Source: Ktedonobacterales bacterium (lineage in GTDB: Bacteria; Chloroflexota; Ktedonobacteria; Ktedonobacterales; JADMIN01). Taken from it: 32,000 nt of DNA. Where the stretch lies: positions 1,290,001 through 1,322,000 of the forward strand of contig CP126532.1 of NCBI GenBank assembly GCA_030167145.1, read 5' to 3'. Below the pieces are notes generated by a model, which saw nothing but the letters and a program-made list of their open reading frames with translations, ran no database searches and was not told where the DNA came from. Below, one piece after another: positions 8,109 to 16,886 of the stretch; within the stretch, counting starts at the first letter, position 1; each line of letters opens with the position of its first letter. The position numbers were made by a program, and so were the translations under genes.

Positions 8109-8305
8109 AGTTAGAGGCAGAGCTGCGCAAAGAAGGCTTTATCAGGCGGCCCGGAAAGGGGAGTCATCGGAGGTGGACCCATGCGCTTTATCCTGGCCAT
8201 GTGGCACTATCAGGCCAAGAAGGCGACGATGCCAAATCCTATCAAGAGCGTGAAGTACGGAACGCTATTCAGACGGTGCGCGATGCGCGGAGGCAGCAGC
8301 CATGA
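8090..8305 (+). CDS. hicA: HicA-family toxin (type II TA, mRNA interferase family)
   Basis: MPRKVRELEAELRKEGFIRRPGKGSHRRWTH...GDDAKSYQEREVRNAI. ATG 8090 is preceded by GGGAGG. The track ORF starts at GTG 8072, inside the duplication. ATGA overlap with hicB. Confidence 0.8.
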   Translation: MPRKVRELEAELRKEGFIRRPGKGSHRRWTHALYPGHVALSGQEGDDAKSYQEREVRNAIQTVRDARRQQP

Positions 8306-8529
8306 GCGACATAGATGAGCAACATCCACATTATTCGATGGTGATCGAGTGGTCAGATGAAGACCAGGCGTATATTGTTTCGATACCTGAGTTTCCAGGC
8401 GATCATACGCATGGCGACACTTATGAAGAGGCGGTGAAGCAGGGGAAAGATCTGATCGAATCGCTTATCATGTGGACACAGCAGGACGGTAAGCCGCTGC
8501 CGCAGCCACGGCTATTTGCCGCGCGCTGA
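8302..8529 (+). CDS. hicB: HicB-family antitoxin, short form (HicB N-domain / UPF0150 only; no obvious DNA-binding tail)
   Basis: YSMVIEWSDEDQAYIVSIPEFPGDHTHGDTYEEAVKQGKDLIESLIMWTQQDGKPLPQP matches the HicB fold pattern. Canonical toxin-first order. Confidence 0.75.
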   Translation: MSDIDEQHPHYSMVIEWSDEDQAYIVSIPEFPGDHTHGDTYEEAVKQGKDLIESLIMWTQQDGKPLPQPRLFAAR

Positions 8530-8556
8530 TGTGATAGGCGGATGCTGTTGGTTGAG

Positions 8557-10458
8557 TCAGTATGGGTAGTCTACGGCGAGGCCAACGATGACGGTGGCGG
8601 GGTCTACAGTGCGGGCGGGGGTAATGACGGTGACGTTGGAGGCAGGGATGTATGCGGCTGTGTAGGGGATGTTCTGGGCGTCTAGCTCCTGGGCGAGGAG
8701 GGGATGCGCGCCCTGGCCGACGAGGATGAAGCTGGGGGTGGTGGCGTTGGTGACGGTTTGGAGGCTGCCGGGGGGGCGCTGGAGGCCGTGGAGGTAGACT
8801 TGATCGTAGTAGTCGGCGCAGGTGGTGGCGCCGTTGGTCTGAAAGGTGACGATGTTGCCGAGCCAGTGGTTGCACCAGGCGGCGGTGATGTGGTGGGCGT
8901 TCAGGTAATCGAGCAGGGGTTGGGTGTCGAGGGGGACGCGGGGGTAGTACGGGGATTGGAAGGTGGCGCTGGGGCTGGCGAAGGAGTAGGTGCCGAGCTG
9001 GAGCGCGCCGCCGAGCAGCAGCACGAGCAGGGCGACGCTCCAGCCACGGCGAATCGTGTGCTCGTTCGGAGCGTGGCGACGGAGGGTGGTCCAGGCCCAG
9101 GGCGCGGCGAAGAGCGCGAGGAGCAGGAATGGCTCGACCAGGACGAGGGGGACGGCGTAGCGACCTGCCCAGTCGCGCTCGCAGGGTTTGGTGGCGGCCC
9201 AGGCGGAGGTGCCGAGGCAGAAGACGGCGGTGATGATGGCTGCATAGAGCAGCGGCAGTCCGGAGCGCACTGCGCCAGCGCCAGCGCTGCGTCCGCGCCG
9301 CAGCAGCCAGAGCGCGGTGGCGATGGCGAGCAGCGGTGGCAGCAGGAGTGCGAGCCGCAACGGCAGCCAGGCGAGGGTTTCGGCGGGGAGGCCACCGGCA
9401 AGCGCGCGGGGGGCGACACAGGTGGCATAGCGCGCGGTGATGGCCGCGCCGAGGAAGAGGCGTCCGTGGCGGGCCGCGCCGCTGACATCGCCGCTGACGG
9501 AGGGCTGGCTGACGAAGATGAGCAGGTTTTCGCCGGAGTGCTGGATGGCGTAGAGCCAGGCGGGGAGTCCGCCGAGGGCGACGCCGGGGATGAGGGCGAG
9601 CAGCGGGGTGAGGGTCGCGCGGGGGGTGGATGCGGGAGAGGATATGGCGGAAGGGGAGACGGCGGGACGGCGCAACAGCCGTGCCCAGAGGTGTGGGACG
9701 ACGCGGGCGATGAGTGGGGGCAGCAGCCAGAGGGCGCAGGCGGCGAGGGCGTAGGTGACGAGGGGGTTGATCCAGATGCCAAGACCGGCGAAGAGGCCGA
9801 GGATCGCCCAGCGCCGCGCCAACTCGAAGCTGCCCGCGCCCGCGCGCAGGCGACCGGCTAGCTCGACGGCGCAGAGCAGCAGCGCCAGGGAGACGACGTA
9901 GATTTCGATCTGGCCGCCCCAGGTGCGGAGTTCAGCGACGGCGTCATAGAGCGGGGGAGCGGCGGCGAAGAGCGCGGCGATGCCCGCGAGCAGTGGAGTG
10001 GTGCGCGCGGCTTTGGGCAGCAGGGCGCGAGCGAGGCGCCAGGTGAGATAGACAAGGGGGAGGGAGAGCAGGAGTGGCACGGCGCGCAGCGCCCAACTGG
10101 ACGGCCCAAAGACGCGGAAGAGCGCCGCCGCGAGATAGGCTTCGAGGCTGCCCATGTAGGGCTGCAAGTAGAAGTAGGTGGGGAACTGGCCGTGCAGGAT
10201 GCGCTCCGCCTGGATGCCGACGAGGGCTTCGTCGCCGTCAATCATGGCGTGGGTGCGGACGATGAGCAACGCGCGGGCGGCGAGGGCGAGGGCGGAAGCG
10301 AGGAGCAGCGGCGCGCGGGGATGGCGGGCGACCCAGCCGGTGAGCCGGTCGGCCGAGCTGGCGGGGCGCGGCCCTAGCCAGGTGGGGTCCAGCGGCGCGG
10401 TAGGGGATGTTTTGCCTTGCTGTTGTGTGCCGCTCTCCGATGCTATCGCTTCGCGCAT
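8557..10458 (-). CDS. GT-C fold membrane glycosyltransferase (GT39/GT83, ArnT/PMT_2-like)
   Basis: Part of ORF 8557..10668. Many TM helices. First-loop DE motif (HAMIDGDEALVGIQAERILHGQFPTYFYLQPYMGSLEAYLAAALF). C-terminal soluble domain of about 150 aa. Start ATG 10458 chosen for GGAGTGG upstream and its position after the candidate promoter; ATG 10503 is an alternative. Confidence 0.6.
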   Translation of the reverse strand: MREAIASESGTQQQGKTSPTAPLDPTWLGPRPASSADRLTGWVARHPRAPLLLASALALAARALLIVRTHAMIDGDEALVGIQAERILHGQFPTYFYLQPYMGSLEAYLAAALFRVFGPSSWALRAVPLLLSLPLVYLTWRLARALLPKAARTTPLLAGIAALFAAAPPLYDAVAELRTWGGQIEIYVVSLALLLCAVELAGRLRAGAGSFELARRWAILGLFAGLGIWINPLVTYALAACALWLLPPLIARVVPHLWARLLRRPAVSPSAISSPASTPRATLTPLLALIPGVALGGLPAWLYAIQHSGENLLIFVSQPSVSGDVSGAARHGRLFLGAAITARYATCVAPRALAGGLPAETLAWLPLRLALLLPPLLAIATALWLLRRGRSAGAGAVRSGLPLLYAAIITAVFCLGTSAWAATKPCERDWAGRYAVPLVLVEPFLLLALFAAPWAWTTLRRHAPNEHTIRRGWSVALLVLLLGGALQLGTYSFASPSATFQSPYYPRVPLDTQPLLDYLNAHHITAAWCNHWLGNIVTFQTNGATTCADYYDQVYLHGLQRPPGSLQTVTNATTPSFILVGQGAHPLLAQELDAQNIPYTAAYIPASNVTVITPARTVDPATVIVGLAVDYPY

Positions 10459-10521
10459 ATCCACTCCGCACTCCGTTCCGCGCTCGGTTTCGCCGCCGCG
10501 CATGCTCGCGCTTCCGCCGCG

Positions 10522-10550
10522 AGTATAGCACAGCGCGGGGGAAAAGGCAG
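10522..10550 (-). promoter_or_regulatory. Candidate extended -10 promoter of the glycosyltransferase gene
   Basis: Minus strand reads TGCTATACT (10530..10522), matching TGnTATAAT. The -35 is weak (CTGCCT). Confidence 0.4.
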
Positions 10551-11037
10551 CCAGATGCGCCAGAGTGGGGCAGGGAGCAGAGAGCAGGGTTCTTCCTTGG
10601 TGTAGGACACACGTCCTAATGGGATGCAACCCTGACGCCTGCGTCACGTCTATATAGATAGTGAGCACGAACGGTGATTGCTATCGCGCGAGGGTCGCTG
10701 GTGGTGGCTGGCTGTTTGGCCTGCGCTGGGCCGTCGCGTTATAGATTTGTTACGACGTTGTTCACGGTGGTCGGGGTTCTGGCATACCACCTGCTAACAC
10801 GGGTGTTGTGTACAGACGGACATACCTAACGCAAGCGAGAGCATGAGAGATGCCACTATTTGGCGCCCTGGGATATGGGGGAACCGGCGTGAAGAAGATC
10901 GCGCTGGCAGCATCGCTGGCGTCACTGCGGCGTTGGCAGACGTAAGCGCCTACCAACAGATGCGGCAGTGGGCCAGTGGACTATCGCTTCTCACCCTTCC
11001 CTGTGGCAGATTCCTACAACAATCGGGAGGTGTGGCG

Positions 11038-11211
11038 ATGAACCAGTACGAAGACCTGCTGATTGACGCACTGCTCGACGAAGGGTTCACCCTGGACGAG
11101 GCGCTGAAGCTGATCCGGCTTCAGGAGCGTGTCGAACGTGCGCGGCGCGAAGAAGATGAGCGCAAGCGTTTCGCCGAGTGGATGATCCGCATTAGCAGCA
11201 TCTATCCATAA
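11038..11211 (+). CDS. Small helical protein, 57 aa, unknown function
   Basis: ATG 11038 is preceded by GGGAGG. MNQYEDLLIDALLDEGFTLDEALKLIRLQERVERARREEDERKRFAEWMIRISSIYP. A strong terminator follows. The longer track ORF (10843..) has an implausible N-terminal extension. Confidence 0.55.
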   Translation: MNQYEDLLIDALLDEGFTLDEALKLIRLQERVERARREEDERKRFAEWMIRISSIYP

Positions 11212-11227
11212 TCTACTTCTTATCATG

Positions 11228-11263
11228 AGGGCACGCCCGTTGCGGGGTGTGCCCTTTCTTTTT
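11228..11263 (+). terminator. Rho-independent terminator
   Basis: 11-bp stem AGGGCACGCCC / GGGGTGTGCCCT (one G-U pair), 6-nt loop, then TTTCTTTTT. Lies 17 nt after the stop codon. Confidence 0.85.
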
Positions 11264-11315
11264 GCTCGCTATTTTCTGCTGTGATGGATTCCGCGAAATT
11301 GCCGGGCACATTTGC

Positions 11316-11344
11316 TTGCGGCATCAGGCGGCGGGTGCTACCAT
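11316..11344 (+). promoter_or_regulatory. Candidate promoter (extended -10) for the tri-domain sugar-nucleotide gene
   Basis: TTGCGG (11316-11321), 17-nt spacer ending in TGC, TACCAT (11339-11344). Implies a leader of roughly 270 nt. Confidence 0.3.
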
Positions 11345-11623
11345 ACTGGGATATGGGGCATGCATTCTGCTGAGATGTGGCCTGCGACACTGGACGGGTC
11401 CGCACATGCATACGTCACATCATTCAGACGACATCTCCTCGCCTCCGCTGGCGCGCCGTGTTCTGGACGCGCGATGATTCCGCGGTCCATCGAGGAGGGC
11501 TGGTATGCCGTGACAGTATGCGCTGAGCGTACACACAGGAAACGCCCGCGAGACAGAGATGCAACACGCGGCAAGTGATATACCCACGGCGTCGCCGACG
11601 CCGCTGTGAGGGAGGGATATGCG

Positions 11624-14116
11624 ATGAAGGCCGTTGTCATGGCGGGCGGTGAGGGGTCTCGCCTGCGACCGTTGACGGTGACACGACCCAAGCCGATGGT
11701 GCCGATTGTCGGGCGGCCCGTGATGGAGCATATTCTGAACCTGCTCAAGTTCCACGGCATCACGGATGTGGTGGTGACAGTGCAATATATGGCCAGCGCC
11801 ATCGAAGACTATTTCGGCGACGGTGCGTCGTTTGGCATGAACATCAACTACTCGCGCGAAGAGGTGCCGCTAGGCACGGCTGGCAGCGTGAAGAACGCGG
11901 AAGAGTTCCTGGATGAGCCATTCATTGTCATCAGCGGGGATGCGCTGACGGATTTCAATCTGAGCGACATCATTCAGTATCACCAGGAGCGCAAGTCGCT
12001 GGCGACACTGACGCTGGCGCACGTGGCCAATCCGCTGGAATATGGGGTGATCATTGCCGATGATCATGGGCATATCACGCAATTTCTGGAAAAGCCAAGC
12101 TGGGGCGAGGTATTTAGCGACACGATCAATACGGGCATCTATCTGCTCGATCCAGTGGTCTTCGACTATATCGAAAAGGATAAGCAGGTAGACTTCAGCC
12201 AGGATGTCTTTCCGGCGATGCTGAAAAAGGGCGACCCGATCTACGGCTATGTCGCCAGCGGCTACTGGTGCGATGTGGGGAATCTGGCTGAATACATGAA
12301 GGCCAACGCCGACGTGTTGCAGAACCGCGTGAATGCGCCGCTGACGGGCACGGACCTGGGCGGGGGCGTGTGGGCGGAAGAGGGCGTGGAGATTGCGCCG
12401 GACGCGCAGATATTCGGGCCGGTGTGGCTGGGGCACGATTGCAAGATCAAGAGCGGCGTGATGATCCATGGGCCAAGCGTGGTGGGGCCATATTCCATTG
12501 TGGACGACCGCGCGCAGATTGACCGCAGTGTGGTATGGAACAACTCGTATCTGGGTGAGCGGGCGGAGCTACGTGGGGCGCTGGTGGGGTCGGCGACGAG
12601 CATCAAGAGCAAGGCGGTAATGTTCGAGGGGGCGGTGGTCGGCGATCATTCGGTGATTGACGAGGGCGCGATCATCCAGCCGGGGGTGAAGATCTGGCCG
12701 AACAAGGAGATCGAGACCGGCGCGGTGGTGACGAGCAGCATCATCTGGGGGTCGCAGGGGCGGCGCGCGCTGTTTGGGCGCTATGGCGTGACGGGGCTGG
12801 TGAATGTGGACATCACGCCGGATTTTGCCGCGAAACTGGGCGCGGCGTTTGGCGCGGTGTTGCCGAAGGGGTCGGTGGTCTGCGTGAACCGTGATGACCA
12901 CCGGACGCCGAGGATGGTGAAGCGCGCGATTATCTCTGGCCTGCCTTCGGCGGGCATCAACGTGTGGGATCTGGAGAGTGTGCCAATTCCGGTGGCGCGG
13001 CATTATGTGCGGACGACGGATTCGGCGGGCGGGGTGCACATCCGTCTTTCGCCGTACGATCCGCGCATCGTAGATATCAAGTTTCTCGATGGCAACGGCT
13101 TCGACATCAGCAAGAACGTTGAGCGCAAGATTGAAAATCTCTTCTTCCGCGAGGATTTCCGCCGGGTGTATCTGGACGACATCGGCACGATCTCGTATGC
13201 GCCTGCTGTGAACCGGCGCTATATAGACGCATTTTTGCAGCACATTGACCAGGAGGTGATGCGCAAGCGGCGCTTCCGGCTAGTGGTGGATTATGGGCAA
13301 GGGTCGAGCGTGGATGTGCTGTCGCCGATATTCAACGCGATCAACGCGGATGTGATCGCGCTGAATGCGACGCGCGATCCGGCGCGATATTCGCGCACCG
13401 CCGATGAGTTCGACCGCGATATGCAGATTCTGGCCTCGATTACCGGGACACTGAAGGCGGATCTGGGCGTGCGGATTGATACGGGTGGCGAGCGCATTTA
13501 TATGGTGGATGACAGCGGGCAGTTGCTGGATGGGGGGAAGCTGCTGGCGGCGATGACCGAGTTGATGCTGCGCGAGCGCAAGGGCGGGAAGGTTGCGGCG
13601 CCGGTGACGGCGCCAAGCGTGGTGGAGACGGTGGCGGCGCGCTATGGTGGCAGTGTGGTGTATACCAAGGTGCAGCCGCACGCGCTGACCAGCGCGGCGA
13701 CTTCGGCGGGGATGGCGCTGGTGGGCGATGGTGTGGGCAGTTTCGTGTTCCCAGAGTTTCAGCCGGTCTTCGATGGAATGTTCGCGACGTTGAAGCTGCT
13801 GGAGTCGCTGGCGCGCTTTGGCACGACGCTTTCGGATGTGGTGGCGGGGCTGCCGCCGTACCATCTGATTCGCATTCAGGTGAATTGTCCGTGGGAGTAT
13901 AAGGGCAAGGTGATGCGCATCCTGAGCGAGCAGTATCGCGAGCGGCGCGAGCAGCCGATTGACGGCGTGAAGATTGACCTGGGTGAGGAGTGGGTGCTGG
14001 TGCTGCCGGATGCGGATCGTCCGCTGTTCCATGTGCTGGCGGAGTCGCGTTCGCGTGATGCGGCGCAGGCGCTGGCGGATAAATATGCGCGCGTGGTGAG
14101 CGGCCTGCAACATTGA
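11624..14116 (+). CDS. Tri-domain protein: sugar-1-phosphate nucleotidyltransferase + left-handed beta-helix (hexapeptide) + phosphohexomutase (PGM/PMM)-like region
   Basis: Part of ORF 11606..14116. ATG 11624 is preceded by GAGGGAGGG. N-terminus [36 protein letters not shown] carries the G-x-G-x-R-L motif. Hexapeptide-repeat region at about aa 270-390. The C-terminal ~440 aa is collinear with the four-domain alpha-D-phosphohexomutase architecture. Confidence 0.85.
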   Translation: MKAVVMAGGEGSRLRPLTVTRPKPMVPIVGRPVMEHILNLLKFHGITDVVVTVQYMASAIEDYFGDGASFGMNINYSREEVPLGTAGSVKNAEEFLDEPFIVISGDALTDFNLSDIIQYHQERKSLATLTLAHVANPLEYGVIIADDHGHITQFLEKPSWGEVFSDTINTGIYLLDPVVFDYIEKDKQVDFSQDVFPAMLKKGDPIYGYVASGYWCDVGNLAEYMKANADVLQNRVNAPLTGTDLGGGVWAEEGVEIAPDAQIFGPVWLGHDCKIKSGVMIHGPSVVGPYSIVDDRAQIDRSVVWNNSYLGERAELRGALVGSATSIKSKAVMFEGAVVGDHSVIDEGAIIQPGVKIWPNKEIETGAVVTSSIIWGSQGRRALFGRYGVTGLVNVDITPDFAAKLGAAFGAVLPKGSVVCVNRDDHRTPRMVKRAIISGLPSAGINVWDLESVPIPVARHYVRTTDSAGGVHIRLSPYDPRIVDIKFLDGNGFDISKNVERKIENLFFREDFRRVYLDDIGTISYAPAVNRRYIDAFLQHIDQEVMRKRRFRLVVDYGQGSSVDVLSPIFNAINADVIALNATRDPARYSRTADEFDRDMQILASITGTLKADLGVRIDTGGERIYMVDDSGQLLDGGKLLAAMTELMLRERKGGKVAAPVTAPSVVETVAARYGGSVVYTKVQPHALTSAATSAGMALVGDGVGSFVFPEFQPVFDGMFATLKLLESLARFGTTLSDVVAGLPPYHLIRIQVNCPWEYKGKVMRILSEQYRERREQPIDGVKIDLGEEWVLVLPDADRPLFHVLAESRSRDAAQALADKYARVVSGLQH

Positions 14117-14120
14117 GCGG

Positions 14121-14196
14121 AGCGGGCGGTTGAAACCGCGCCTGTATGGCGTACCGCCGCAAAGCCCGCCTGCGCGGGCTGGAGATGGACTGGGTG
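14121..14196 (+). repeat. Dispersed intergenic repeat, full copy A
   Basis: Aligns ungapped with 28003-28078: 60 of 76 positions identical by hand count, including an identical 18-nt head AGCGGGCGGTTGAAACCG. Contains hairpins GCGGT-TGAA-ACCGC and AGCCCGC-CTGC-GCGGGCT. Starts 5 nt after the stop codon. Confidence 0.8.
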
Positions 14197-14571
14197 GCAA
14201 CAGTATTGTCAAAACGCGCGACGGGCGTTCGCCAACGCCCCTAGGATGGCGAGTGGACGGCCATGCCTGTCAGCCCTACCACCACCGGCGGCAGACAGGA
14301 ATGGCCGCCTCACCGGGAGGCGCGGGGTACTAACGTGCGCGATGGCCCCATGGGGTGATGACGTATATGTTATGGCGGCGTCTTCGCGGCCCTACTCCTC
14401 CGGCACTGCGAGGGCCGCGCCGCCGACTTTGAAATGCTGGATGTTCTGTAAATTGTGACCCACATCACACGTCACATGTGCAGGACGGTGGCGAGGATTC
14501 CACCGGCCAACACGGCAAATACGGGCGAGGCGACTGCCTGGACCCAAGGTGACGCGAGGTGGGCCAACGTG

Positions 14572-15249
14572 ATGAGGCTGGATGCCAATGCGATACTCTG
14601 CGCGGGCGCGGTGGCGCTGCCAGGCGGTATGCCGGTGAGCGAGACCGACGACTGGGTAAAAGAGCGCATCGAAGCCGAGCCGAAGGCGCTCTCAGATGCC
14701 GAAGCGGAGGCGCTGCTCACCACTGTCTATGTGACCTATAGCGGTCCAATTCACAGTTACGCTTTTCGTCTGCTTGGCAGCCAGGAAGACGCCGACGACA
14801 TCACGCAGGAAGTGTTCATTCGCGTGCATGACCGGCTGGATCAACTGCGCGACCCAGCGCGGCTGCGGCCGTGGCTGTATCGCATCGCCACGAATCTGTG
14901 CATGGATATGCTGCGCCGGCGGACGCGGACCCGGCGCATCTTCGGGATTCCGGTCTCAATTGACGGCGGGAGCGAAGGCGAGGATACCGCGCCGCATGAG
15001 GTGGCGCATCCGGCAAGCGCGGCGGCATTCGATGGAGTGGCGGAGCGCGATCATATCGTGCGGGCGCTGCGACGGATGCCGCCCAAATATGCTACATGTC
15101 TGGTATTGCACAGCGCGCAGGGCATGAGCTATCGTGAGATTGCCGAGGTGATGGGCATTACTCCGGGGGCGGCTGCCGTGCGTCTGGCGCGGGCACGGGA
15201 CATGTTTGGACGGCACTACGAAGATCTACGAGGGGAGAAGCGGTCATGA
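14572..15249 (+). CDS. ECF-type RNA polymerase sigma factor
   Basis: Part of ORF 14455..15249. Region 2: IHSYAFRLLGSQEDADDITQEVFIRVHDRL...RPWLYRIATNLCMDMLRRR. Region 4: CLVLHSAQGMSYREIAEVMGITPGAAAVRLARARDMF. Start is uncertain: ATG 14572 or ATG 14629. Confidence 0.85.
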   Translation: MRLDANAILCAGAVALPGGMPVSETDDWVKERIEAEPKALSDAEAEALLTTVYVTYSGPIHSYAFRLLGSQEDADDITQEVFIRVHDRLDQLRDPARLRPWLYRIATNLCMDMLRRRTRTRRIFGIPVSIDGGSEGEDTAPHEVAHPASAAAFDGVAERDHIVRALRRMPPKYATCLVLHSAQGMSYREIAEVMGITPGAAAVRLARARDMFGRHYEDLRGEKRS

Positions 15250-16886
15250 GCACCAACCCGCCGATGCGTTGCGGCGATGCCGCGCCGTATCTCCCCACCT
15301 TCGCCGATGGCGAACTGGCTGAGCCGATGCGCTCGCAGGTGGCGGAACATGTGGCTGGCTGCGCGAACTGCGCGCGTGAGGTGCGCCGCTACCGCGCGAT
15401 TGATCAGCTTGTGGCGACGCTGCCCAAGTCGTCGCCCTCGCCGGTGGTGCTGGACCGCGTGCTGGCGGCGACGCGCAGAGACGCTGCCGAGCCGGCGGTG
15501 CGTGAGTCGTTGCATGGGCGGCGGCGGCCACGCGCACGCCCGCTGGCCACACGCGCACTCCCGGACTTCCTGACCAGAGAGGTGCAGGGCACGAATATTC
15601 GCCCGCTCTCGCGGCTGGCGCGGCGTCCCACGGGGGCAGCGCGGGTGTTGCCGGTGCTGGCGGCGGTGCTGCTGATTACGCTGGCGATTCTGGCATTCAA
15701 TCGTTTGCCCGCTGCGGGGATCTTTCCGAACGCGAACCAGAGCACCACGCCACGGACGGCGGCGAATGTGTTGGCGCAGACCAGCCAGGAGGTCGCGGCG
15801 AAGGCGACACACCTGCCGTTCACGCCGTTGCTGCCGCGCTACCTGCCCGCAGGCGCGCAGTTGCAGAATGTGTACATAGATACGAGCGGCGTAGGCGCGC
15901 CCTTTTTGCAGGTGAGTTGGATCTTGCCGTATCCATTGACGGTGCTGCATTTGCGGGAGTCGTCGCTGATGCTGCTGCAACGGGGGGACTATCTGCCCGA
16001 CGGCCCCAGCAGGCCTGACCGCACGTGGTCGCTTGGACAGTATCAATGGACCTCTGGGGCGAGCAGGATAGCGACGGGCAACGCGCAGCACTGGGCCGTG
16101 GGGGAGGATCGCTCTGGCGCGCTGAGTATCACGCTGGATGTGGGCGCGCAGCCGGACGCTGCCGCGAGTGATGTGAGTAGCGCGCAGGATAAGGCGACGA
16201 ACGTGCTGCGGCTGACCAGTCTTTCGATTGACGCGCCATACCAGCCGCTGACGGTGCAGCCGCCGGACACGACACAGAATGTGCTGCATTTCGTGGCGCG
16301 CGAGCAGACGGCGCAGGGGCTGATGACATGGGAGGTCTATAGCGACCCCACGCAGCATGTGCAGCGCGTGACGGCTGCACGCAACGGCGCAACGGTGTAT
16401 ACGGATGTGGTGACGGCATCGGCGGCGCTACGACTGGATCCGGCGGCGCGCACGTATCAATCGCTGCCGAGCGCGGCGGTGGCGGGGGAGCCGCTGGCGC
16501 TGCGTGATGACGCGGCGACATTCCTGCTGAGCGTGAACAGCTATCTGGCGAATGGCGAGCTATGGAATATGGGGCTGGGCAAGCAGGGTGGTGCGCGTGT
16601 GTATCAGTTGGTGCTGGTGGGGGCGCCGTATCCGACGGAGGTGTATGTGGATGCTGGCTCGCGCCGCGTGGTGGGGGCGGAGGTGAATTATAGCGCGGAT
16701 TTCGCGCCAGGGACGCCGAGCGCCAGTTCGCACCTTACACCGCTCAGCGCGTGCCCCAGCTATACGCTGATCCAGTATCTGAGTCCATCAGATGCGAGCA
16801 TTCCGGCAGATGTGTTCGCGACGCAGCCGCCCAGCAAATACGCACAGAGCGCCAACATGCCGGCGACGCTGGGGTGTAGTGGGTAG
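15246..16886 (+). CDS. Anti-sigma factor (zf-HC2) with one TM helix and a ~370-aa extracytoplasmic domain of unknown function
   Basis: ATGA overlap with the sigma gene. H-x3-C-x2-C motif in VAEHVAGCANCAREV. TM segment AARVLPVLAAVLLITLAILAF. Confidence 0.8.
   Translation: MSTNPPMRCGDAAPYLPTFADGELAEPMRSQVAEHVAGCANCAREVRRYRAIDQLVATLPKSSPSPVVLDRVLAATRRDAAEPAVRESLHGRRRPRARPLATRALPDFLTREVQGTNIRPLSRLARRPTGAARVLPVLAAVLLITLAILAFNRLPAAGIFPNANQSTTPRTAANVLAQTSQEVAAKATHLPFTPLLPRYLPAGAQLQNVYIDTSGVGAPFLQVSWILPYPLTVLHLRESSLMLLQRGDYLPDGPSRPDRTWSLGQYQWTSGASRIATGNAQHWAVGEDRSGALSITLDVGAQPDAAASDVSSAQDKATNVLRLTSLSIDAPYQPLTVQPPDTTQNVLHFVAREQTAQGLMTWEVYSDPTQHVQRVTAARNGATVYTDVVTASAALRLDPAARTYQSLPSAAVAGEPLALRDDAATFLLSVNSYLANGELWNMGLGKQGGARVYQLVLVGAPYPTEVYVDAGSRRVVGAEVNYSADFAPGTPSASSHLTPLSACPSYTLIQYLSPSDASIPADVFATQPPSKYAQSANMPATLGCSG

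Noticed and set aside
8033-8560. hicAB patch as a mobile element or prophage remnant
   Set aside because: There is no integrase, transposase, tRNA target or terminal inverted repeats. Only the compositional shift supports foreign origin, and that is reported as a finding rather than as a mobile element.
8704-9861. 385-aa plus-strand ORF antisense to the glycosyltransferase
   Set aside because: Gly/Glu/Asp/Ala-rich with no motif or RBS. It is the shadow of a convincing GT-C membrane protein on the other strand.
10843-11037. N-terminal 65-codon extension of the small gene (track ORF 10843..11211)
   Set aside because: The extension has no RBS and an implausible sequence. The internal ATG at 11038 has GGGAGG at ideal spacing.
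14455-14571. GTG-initiated 39-codon extension of the ECF sigma ORF
   Set aside because: It overlaps the AT-rich, probably promoter-bearing patch and adds a non-sigma-like N-terminus. ATG 14572 or 14629 are more plausible.
12569-16358. Long minus-strand ORFs (12569..13243, 13280..14212, 13440..14162, 15216..16358) antisense to the tri-domain gene and the anti-sigma gene
   Set aside because: Arg/His/Pro/Gln-rich nonsense composition. The plus-strand genes carry clear family motifs.
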